This document shows, piece after piece, positions 17,494 to 24,033 of a stretch of 52,394 nt of DNA (its first letter is position 1; every line of letters starts with the position of its first letter). This DNA comes from an uncultured Gammaproteobacteria bacterium (GTDB lineage: Bacteria > Patescibacteriota > Patescibacteriia > UBA1558 > 2-01-FULL-52-15). The DNA lies in contig CAYHYG010000003.1 of NCBI GenBank assembly GCA_964360835.1, positions 1 through 52,394 of the forward strand. The letters are read 5' to 3'. Both the position numbers and the translations under genes were made by a program. A model generated the notes under the pieces. The model was not told the origin of the DNA. It made no database searches and worked only from the letters and a program-made list of their open reading frames with translations.

Positions 17494-19068
17494 CTAGAGG
17501 TCAAGATCAATGCAAGTTTGGTTCGTCGGTGGCCTACAACTTATATCAGGACTGGGACACGGACTTACCCAACTACCGTTTACTAATTGCTTATTACAGG
17601 TACACACTCGTCTTTGAAACCCATTAGTGCATGGGGTCCAATTAGTGCAGGCCCATTGGTAAATACTACATTGAGGAGGGGTTACCCCTATGACTATACC
17701 GGAACAAGTAAGATTACATGCACCTTCTACAGAATTACTATTAGCCGCACCATCATCACAGACCTCTGTAAATCCTTGAGCGCCATTGGGTCTATTCACA
17801 TATCCATCACCGCATGTAGTCAACCGACATTCGTTGGTGCAGGTATCAAGGTTAGATATATCTCCATCATCACACTGCTCAATGAAGCCAACGCCATTAG
17901 GTGATTGCAGTTGACCATCACCACAAACGGTATATCCAGTACAACGGGCATTACAACGACCGCTATTTGTCTGGGTAATATCAGAGCCATAGGCCTCACT
18001 ACCAACAGTGTCAAAACAAACTGGCTGAACGGTATCTGTGATGGCTCTTTGTTGGCAATTGGCCGTTCCACAATGCTGACTGCATCCCACTCCTGTGTCA
18101 GCGCACACCCCACACAGCGCTCCATAGGGCTCCAGCTGTGGTGAGGTTACATTCTTGATAATGCTGGCTTCGGAGAATATCACGTACTGAAAAATATCAG
18201 ACAAGGCGGGATTAAATGGCGTGGTCACGGTTATCTCTTGGCTGGCGTTTCGGAAGCGTCCACGCGTCTGTATGGAAACCAGCGAGGGTAATCCGGCGCT
18301 ATTGTCTGTGGTGACAGAAAGTCGTTTCAGACCGTCGTCGATCGGGCGGATTGAAACATGGTAGAACTTGCTAGGAGTCAGGGATAATCTGCTGATTGTT
18401 GTATTACACTGGTTTGGAGTAACTCCACTACCGGTACAATCGCAAATAAAATAGTACTTCTGAGGCCGGCCAAACTGCAGACCGCTGGCATTCTGGAAAG
18501 TCACCAGGGAAACCTCCAATCTCTGACTGCCGCCGCAGGCCTTGACCTCCCAGTCAATCTTCAACTGATTGGCTTGTGTATCAATAACTGGATGAATAAC
18601 CGTCGGCGTTTCCTGGGTTGGATCAAAGACATTTAACTGCGCCGAAGAAAAAATTGGTAAATCATAGACAACGTATTCAGGTGAGGTTGTAGAAATTTTG
18701 ATGATATCATAGAGACGGTCTTTATCAGCATATGGACTTGGTGATATATAGGTTCTGTCCAACTGACGATTTAAGGTATTACTACGATTAAAAAACAAAT
18801 AATAAGGATACGGTGTCACCAGCTCGTCCAATCCTTTAGACTCTTTTAAAAACCAGAGCATCTCCTCGGCCGCGCTTTCAGCCGCGTAATGAGCTACTAC
18901 AGAGCTATCGAGATACCGCGCCGAGTTGATCTCTGTGATCAATAGACGACTGAGGGCAATGGTGGCAAACATGGTGATAGTTAATATCACCAGAGACATG
19001 AGCAAAACTGCTCCCCGGCTTGGATCCTGTAAAGACTTTCTTTTGCTACTGAATATTTCTGGGCGCAT
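17494..19068 (-). CDS. PilX-like minor pilus protein with C-terminal Cys-rich CGDG/CDDG repeats
   Basis: PilX_N-like SRGAVLLMSLVILTITMFATIAL. C-terminal CGDGQLQSPNGVGFIEQCDDG...C.NEC..TTCGDGYVNRPNGAQGFTEVCDDG resembles the Myxococcus-type cysteine-rich repeat. Confidence 0.55.
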   Translation of the reverse strand: MRPEIFSSKRKSLQDPSRGAVLLMSLVILTITMFATIALSRLLITEINSARYLDSSVVAHYAAESAAEEMLWFLKESKGLDELVTPYPYYLFFNRSNTLNRQLDRTYISPSPYADKDRLYDIIKISTTSPEYVVYDLPIFSSAQLNVFDPTQETPTVIHPVIDTQANQLKIDWEVKACGGSQRLEVSLVTFQNASGLQFGRPQKYYFICDCTGSGVTPNQCNTTISRLSLTPSKFYHVSIRPIDDGLKRLSVTTDNSAGLPSLVSIQTRGRFRNASQEITVTTPFNPALSDIFQYVIFSEASIIKNVTSPQLEPYGALCGVCADTGVGCSQHCGTANCQQRAITDTVQPVCFDTVGSEAYGSDITQTNSGRCNARCTGYTVCGDGQLQSPNGVGFIEQCDDGDISNLDTCTNECRLTTCGDGYVNRPNGAQGFTEVCDDGAANSNSVEGACNLTCSGIVIGVTPPQCSIYQWACTNWTPCTNGFQRRVCTCNKQLVNGSWVSPCPSPDISCRPPTNQTCIDLDL

Positions 19069-19858
19069 AATAACGTGTAGAAATCATAGTTTGAAAAAGG
19101 AGCGTCCGCTGACGCGCTACGTTAGCATTATTGGTGGCCGTCATCTGGATGGAAGTAAATGGCTGTTCTGTGGGATCGTCATTAGGATAAAATACCAAGG
19201 AGTCAATCCGAATACTGGGATCATTGAGGACTGACCAGCTAGCGCCCGAACATGAGGTACTATGACTAAGCTCGGCATTGAGATTAACGGCATTATGACG
19301 GATAAAAGTTGTCTGACCGCTCAAATCTTTGAGACAGATAAAATTGACATCCGGACAATTGCAGGTCGTCGGATCGGTATCAATAGTATGAGAGCGAATC
19401 TCGCGAGCAATCTGCTCAAATACCAACTGACTCTCGTTCAAAACAGCGACATTGGCTCTAGCATTATTCTGAGCTGTAGTCGTACCGATAAAAATCGAGC
19501 TAATTGCAATGAAAGCCAATGAAAAAATAGCAATCGTGACCAACATTTCTACTAGAGTATACCCAGCACCATTTTCAAGTAAGCTGTATTTAGCTCTTTT
19601 TTTAAACTCTCTTGAAGCATTGCCATGAGCTTTTAGCCTTTGTTCACGCTCTCGTGCATCAGCTTCCGAATTATATGCTTCATAAGCCACTACTTTCCAC
19701 GGCCTATACGGCCTAGTTGAAGTAACAAGCCCTTCATTATGCTCGTTTAACCTTCTATCTAAATTTTTGGTTGAGCCCATATATGTTTTACCTGTTTTTA
19801 CACTTTGTATTAAGTAGACGAAGTACATAAAAAATGGTGCTGGGCATATCCTTTTCAT
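19046..19858 (-). CDS. GIY-YIG nuclease domain fused in frame to a PilW-like type IV pseudopilin
   Basis: MKRICPAPFF-MYFVYLIQSVKTGKTYMGSTKNLDRRLNEHNEG...RPWKVVAYEAY..EADAREREQRLKAHGN...LLENGAG|YTLVEMLVTIAIFSLAF. The track start (19867) is GTG; ATG at 19858 follows the upstream stop by 1 nt. Confidence 0.8.
   Translation of the reverse strand: MKRICPAPFFMYFVYLIQSVKTGKTYMGSTKNLDRRLNEHNEGLVTSTRPYRPWKVVAYEAYNSEADAREREQRLKAHGNASREFKKRAKYSLLENGAGYTLVEMLVTIAIFSLAFIAISSIFIGTTTAQNNARANVAVLNESQLVFEQIAREIRSHTIDTDPTTCNCPDVNFICLKDLSGQTTFIRHNAVNLNAELSHSTSCSGASWSVLNDPSIRIDSLVFYPNDDPTEQPFTSIQMTATNNANVARQRTLLFQTMISTRYYAPRNIQ
19562..19844 (-). mobile_element. GIY-YIG element copy 1 (intact): 283-bp unit bounded by 14-bp perfect inverted repeats
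   Basis: On the plus strand, cccagcaccatttt (19562-19575) and aaaatggtgctggg (19831-19844) are exact reverse complements enclosing the GIY-YIG coding segment. Confidence 0.7.
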
Positions 19859-19859
19859 A

Positions 19860-20585
19860 TTATTCACGCCAGTTATATAATTTCTCTTTGACCGTCACCA
19901 TCTGACTACTGCCATACTTAACAATACCCGTGACCAATACGCCTATCTTGACATCACCAGTTGCACAGGAGAGACCGTACTCTCTGGTGCTCTCTACGTC
20001 ATTCGTGTCATTCCAGCAAATATCCTGAAGCACCACCAGCCGATGGAGCGATTCGTTATAACCATAGCCTACGGGAATACCGAAAGACAGAGCACAAAGG
20101 TCGCCAGCCATTTTTAAACAAGAACACATATAGTCCAATCTCTGACAACCAGATGAAAACGGATCAGGTACATCAACTTTGGTAAAACTATAGGTATCAG
20201 GGGTTCCCTGGCCTACTATGAAGGCCGGCGCCACAGACGCACCACTAACACCGGCAAATCGATCCCACGTGTAGGGTGTCGTTCCGGCTAGTATATTCAG
20301 ATCACTGCGCAGCCAATTGGTGTCACGAGTATTGCGTACGGCTTCGACCGCTGAGCGGGCTAGGTTAGCGGCAAAAACCCGACTGATATTATCTCGCGAA
20401 GCCCGATAATTTGATGTAGCCAGCACCAGAGCTCCGACCAAACCAGTGACAATGACGGCCAAAGCAATGATTACCTCTATCAAGGTGAACCCAGCATCAT
20501 TTTTTTGCCGCTTATTTTCCTCGTGTAACGAAATGCCTAAATTTCCTTTCATCTTTTGATTTTCAAAAAATTGTATCATCTGCAT
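19860..20585 (-). CDS. PilV-like type IV pseudopilin with an atypically long 32-aa leader
   Basis: MQMIQFFENQKMKGNLGISLHEENKRQKNDAG|FTLIEVIIALAVIVTGLVGALVL. The leader is encoded by the miniature element. Confidence 0.75.
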   Translation of the reverse strand: MQMIQFFENQKMKGNLGISLHEENKRQKNDAGFTLIEVIIALAVIVTGLVGALVLATSNYRASRDNISRVFAANLARSAVEAVRNTRDTNWLRSDLNILAGTTPYTWDRFAGVSGASVAPAFIVGQGTPDTYSFTKVDVPDPFSSGCQRLDYMCSCLKMAGDLCALSFGIPVGYGYNESLHRLVVLQDICWNDTNDVESTREYGLSCATGDVKIGVLVTGIVKYGSSQMVTVKEKLYNWRE

Positions 20586-20604
20586 AAAAATAATGCTGGG
20601 TTCA
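20486..20604 (-). mobile_element. GIY-YIG element copy 3: internally deleted miniature derivative (119 bp) with 19-bp inverted repeats (18/19 match)
   Basis: On the plus strand, tgaacccagcatcattttt (20486-20504) versus aaaaataatgctgggttca (20586-20604). The 81 nt between them keep an ORF from the ATG abutting the repeat. Confidence 0.65.
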
Positions 20605-20606
20605 TC

Positions 20607-21194
20607 TCAGCAACCACTTAAACTTTGCTCTATACGCAGAGAAGAATCTTGCGCTGTAGGAGCGAACTTGATTGAAGCAATACAACTATTACCAGTTACC
20701 CGTATCTGAAATATTATATTGCTACTATTCTGAGTCCAGAACTGTAAACAAAGAGGAGCTCCACAATTATTCTGCAGTTTAGGGAAGCTGTCTCCGTCAA
20801 AAATAATAGTCCCCTTGGCAATAGTACCCACACTACCGTTAAGAAAACGAAAATTAACATTGTTGGAAAGAGTATACGTCGCGACTCCTTCATCACTGTC
20901 ATAGATACCGTCATCACTTTTATCCGCGAACAAAATATACTGACGTGGCGTCACGGTGTTATCGAGGTACAAACCCCAACCCCCGGCTGGATAGACACTA
21001 TCAGCAGGGTTGACAATGCCATTGAAAGCTCTGTTCCTAGCCTGACGCAGGACAGCTACGACGCGATCAGCATCGGCTTTGATAATATCTTTGGTACCCA
21101 CTCCGCGCATTGTGACCACAGCAATCCCCATCAAAATACCGAAAATAGCGATGACGACTAAAAGTTCTATCATAGTATAACCATTTACTTTCAT
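20607..21194 (-). CDS. GspH/FimT-like type IV pseudopilin
   Basis: MKVNG|[22 protein letters not shown]...LRQARNRA. The ATG at 21194 overlaps the pilD stop (ATGA). The track's N-terminal extension is unlikely. Confidence 0.75.
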   Translation of the reverse strand: MKVNGYTMIELLVVIAIFGILMGIAVVTMRGVGTKDIIKADADRVVAVLRQARNRAFNGIVNPADSVYPAGGWGLYLDNTVTPRQYILFADKSDDGIYDSDEGVATYTLSNNVNFRFLNGSVGTIAKGTIIFDGDSFPKLQNNCGAPLCLQFWTQNSSNIIFQIRVTGNSCIASIKFAPTAQDSSLRIEQSLSGC

Positions 21195-21958
21195 GGCAGT
21201 AAAACTAAATTCTGATACCAGTCCCATATCTGGCCGCCGTAGAGCATGGCTATGAATGTAGACAAACTAAGAAAGGTACCAAATGGCACTTGGCTGGTCA
21301 TTTTCTTGCGACCGAGAATGATCAAAAAAATTCCAATAATACTGCCGGATAAATAAGCGATCATCAGCGCCACCGTAATCTGCGGCCACCCCAGAAGTAG
21401 TCCCATCGCCAACCCCAGCTTGACATCACCGAAGCCAATCCAGCGACCATGTGAAACCAGATACTGCAACCCAAAGAATCCAGCGCCAACCAGAGAGCCT
21501 ATCAAAAGATCCAGCCAGGATCGGCCTAACAATAAATTGCTCATGGCGCTGATCACGGCTAGTGGCCAGACAATTACATCCGGAATAATGTAATGTTTGA
21601 GGTCATAGACAAAGATGATAGCTAGTAGTGAAGTAACTATTATACCGCTAATAAAACCAATGATTGATAAAGGGTCTGTCAACGAATACATGGTACCAAG
21701 CATGACAAAAGCCAGGCCCATAGCTACCTCCACCAGTGGATATTGCACCGAGATAGACTTGTGGCAGTAGCGGCACTTTCCGACCAATATGATCCAGCTG
21801 ATGAGCGGTACCAAATCAATCCAGCTCAAGGAATGTCTACAGTCTGGGCAACGGGAACGCCCTTTGATAAACGACTCGTCCAAGCGCAGACGGTAAATCA
21901 CGGCATTGAGAAAACTGCCGATAATGAGGCCAAAGACAAAAAGAAAAAATAGTATCAT
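21191..21958 (-). CDS. pilD: Prepilin peptidase / N-methyltransferase (A24 family)
   Basis: 255 aa polytopic protein. CPDC...CRYC zinc motif and GFGDVKL active-site Asp motif. Confidence 0.9.
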   Translation of the reverse strand: MILFFLFVFGLIIGSFLNAVIYRLRLDESFIKGRSRCPDCRHSLSWIDLVPLISWIILVGKCRYCHKSISVQYPLVEVAMGLAFVMLGTMYSLTDPLSIIGFISGIIVTSLLAIIFVYDLKHYIIPDVIVWPLAVISAMSNLLLGRSWLDLLIGSLVGAGFFGLQYLVSHGRWIGFGDVKLGLAMGLLLGWPQITVALMIAYLSGSIIGIFLIILGRKKMTSQVPFGTFLSLSTFIAMLYGGQIWDWYQNLVLLP

Positions 21959-21966
21959 TCGGGTGA

Positions 21967-21972
21967 ATTATA
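21967..21972 (-). promoter_or_regulatory. Extended -10 (TGGTATAAT) 8 nt upstream of the pilD ATG, implying a leaderless or near-leaderless mRNA
   Basis: The minus strand reads AAATTATGGTATAATTCACCCGAATG. Confidence 0.35.
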
Positions 21973-22002
21973 CCATAATTTCAGAGCAAAAACAGTCCAG
22001 TC

Positions 22003-22731
22003 TTATGGAGTTGTACTAGTTACACATCCCGTTTCAGTACATGTAATGGTTTTCCCGCCCGAGAGACAGGTTGTTGGTAACGGGAAAGTGGTTGATGATG
22101 GCTCACAAGCAGAAAAAGTAAAGGTCGCAGAATCTGAATTTGAGTTAGCCAAGAATTTATAAATCCAGGGGTTTCTAGTGTCTTTGGCTAAATCGGGCCA
22201 TGTTCCAACTGCTGGGCTATCATTCAAACAGATAGCCGATGTCGCGTCTGGTTTTCCTAGCGGACCAGAAGCAGCTCCATTACAAGCATCCATACCCGCC
22301 GGCGCCGCGCAATTCAGTTGCACATTGCTCTGCAAACAGACTGAAGCCCCTTTCAGTAGATTATTCATGGTTGACTCCATCTGGGTCAACTTGGCTTTTG
22401 TACGGGTTGAAGATAAATTTACAACCGCCACAGCAGATAGTATGCCTATAATGGCAATGACTACCAAAAGTTCAATTAAAGTAAACCCAGCACCATTTTT
22501 CAAACTTCCCCGAGCTCTTCTCTTTAATTCTTTAATGGCATTTCCATGTGCTTTTAATTTTTGTTCATGCTCTCTTGCATCTGCTTCTGAGCTATAGGCC
22601 TCATAGACAGCGAGCCTCCATGGCCTGTATGGTTTTGTTGAGCTAACTAAACCGTCATTATGCTCCTGGAGCCTTCTCTCTAAATTATTTGTGGAACCCA
22701 TATAAATTCTATTTATTTTTAAACTTTTCAA
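22003..22731 (-). CDS. Type IV pilin carrying a truncated GIY-YIG domain as an N-terminal extension
   Basis: ...IYMGSTNNLERRLQEHNDGLVSSTKPYRPWRLAVYEAYSSEADAREHEQKLKAHGN...SLKNGAG|[24 protein letters not shown], with a Cys-rich C-terminal globular part. The track start is TTG; the first ATG is at 22701. Confidence 0.75.
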   Translation of the reverse strand: MKSLKINRIYMGSTNNLERRLQEHNDGLVSSTKPYRPWRLAVYEAYSSEADAREHEQKLKAHGNAIKELKRRARGSLKNGAGFTLIELLVVIAIIGILSAVAVVNLSSTRTKAKLTQMESTMNNLLKGASVCLQSNVQLNCAAPAGMDACNGAASGPLGKPDATSAICLNDSPAVGTWPDLAKDTRNPWIYKFLANSNSDSATFTFSACEPSSTTFPLPTTCLSGGKTITCTETGCVTSTTP

Positions 22732-22859
22732 GGAGCTTGTCTAGATCTTTAGAGTAGTTCTAAGATTAAGACATGCCCCAGAAGATTCTAAAAGGTAGTC
22801 GGTTAAGTAACCGGACGGTAGGCAATATATAGACAAAATACATAAAAATGGTGCTGGGT
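22485..22859 (-). mobile_element. GIY-YIG element copy 2 (ORF disrupted), bounded by 16-bp perfect inverted repeats
   Basis: On the plus strand, acccagcaccattttt (22485-22500) and aaaaatggtgctgggt (22844-22859) are exact reverse complements. The orphaned prepilin start ATGAAGAAGGGATTTA lies just outside, with its ATG at 22874-22872. Confidence 0.7.
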
Positions 22860-22894
22860 AAATCCCTTCTTCATATTTTATTTTACTATTTATA

Positions 22895-23320
22895 TTAAGT
22901 GCACTGCAATTTGTACATAGGTCGTATCTGACATTTCTTACCTTCCAACCCTTGACCAGACCAACGGTGAGACAAACGGAAAGAAATAGTATAACTCGAA
23001 CCGTCACTGGTATAGGTTCCACCAGAATCTAACCTAGCATAATAATACACCTTTCCGGACGGGTTGCCAAAGCCGCTATCGCTGATCACCATGACTCCTG
23101 CCAATTTTTTGTCCGTCGCTACTGGATAGCTACGATGTTGTCCATAGTAAGCTTCCAAACCATAGCTATAGGCTTTCAATCCAGACAATAGGCGTACGTC
23201 GTTGGCTTTGCCACCGTAATACAAGGACAATCCAAAGACAAACCCCAAAATGATGACCGAAATCGCTAGTGAAACAATATAGAATCGGTATTTGTAGAAA
23301 AATTCCCAAGATAGTAACAT
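22895..23320 (-). CDS. Membrane-anchored hypothetical protein in the pilin block
   Basis: MLLSWEFFYKYRFYIVSLAISVIILGFVFGLSLYY, then a ~100-aa soluble part. No prepilin motif. The track start (23362) is TTG. Confidence 0.45.
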   Translation of the reverse strand: MLLSWEFFYKYRFYIVSLAISVIILGFVFGLSLYYGGKANDVRLLSGLKAYSYGLEAYYGQHRSYPVATDKKLAGVMVISDSGFGNPSGKVYYYARLDSGGTYTSDGSSYTISFRLSHRWSGQGLEGKKCQIRPMYKLQCT

Positions 23321-23398
23321 ATGAAACTCTAAATTCCTGCCTCGACTTGTCGTCTTCGGCAAGGCGGGCTAAATACTAAGCTCAATTTAATAACGTCT

Positions 23399-23486
23399 GC
23401 GACGATGCTACGTCAGACGTAGCGGAGGAAGCAGTCTAACATGCAAATATTAATGCTAGATTGCTTCCCACGTCTGACGTGGTCGC
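23399..23486. other. Long imperfect inverted repeat built from ACGTC-N-GACGT palindromes, downstream of the second pilin gene
   Basis: ACGTCAGACGT (23410-23420) versus ACGTCTGACGT (23470-23480). GGAAGCA (23427-23433) versus TGCTTCC (23462-23468). GCGA/TCGC form an outer clamp. Confidence 0.6.
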
Positions 23487-23498
23487 AAACAGTACAAA

Positions 23499-23960
23499 CT
23501 AACAACTAGCAGCAACACCCTTTATACACCCATTACTCGAATCGCAGACAATACACACATCTTGATCAATATTACGCATAGAAAATTCCCATCTTTGACT
23601 GCTGGCAGTGTATTCGCATGGTAGATAGGTAAAATTATAGGTACCAATATATGGCCAGGTACCGAGATTACCAACCGTGCAAAAAGGATCTCCGTCTCTT
23701 GGCGTATTCTGAATAGGAGTACCATCACCACAGGTAATAGGTCCACTACCGTCGTTACGGCTAGTGATCTGACCACCAGAATCAGTACATAGCATCATAC
23801 CGGCAATCAAATTATTAGCCGAAGCCTGACCAGCTGCGACTTTAGCCTTACCACGAGCGCTATTCAAGTTGACGATAGAGATAGCTGACAAGATACCGAT
23901 AATGGCGATGACGACCAGTAATTCTATCAGCGTAAAACCTTTTGTACTCACTCCTTTCAT
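23499..23960 (-). CDS. Type IV pilin (paralog 2)
   Basis: MKGVSTKG|[32 protein letters not shown], with a Cys-rich C-terminus. The track's upstream extension overlaps the preceding pilin gene and is not credible. Confidence 0.85.
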   Translation of the reverse strand: MKGVSTKGFTLIELLVVIAIIGILSAISIVNLNSARGKAKVAAGQASANNLIAGMMLCTDSGGQITSRNDGSGPITCGDGTPIQNTPRDGDPFCTVGNLGTWPYIGTYNFTYLPCEYTASSQRWEFSMRNIDQDVCIVCDSSNGCIKGVAASC

Positions 23961-24033
23961 ACACATAGTATACCAAACAAAATACAGACTGTCTTGATGA
24001 GATAGTCTGTATTTATCTAATAACAACCGATAA

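Noticed and set aside
22741-23022. Track ORF of 93 aa spanning the end of gene 22895..23320 and the left end of element copy 2.
   Set aside because: It is an off-frame read across the remnant prepilin start and the inverted repeat (…EGIYPAPFLCILSIYCLPSG…). It is explained by a 1-nt difference in the T-run relative to copy 1 and is not an independent gene.
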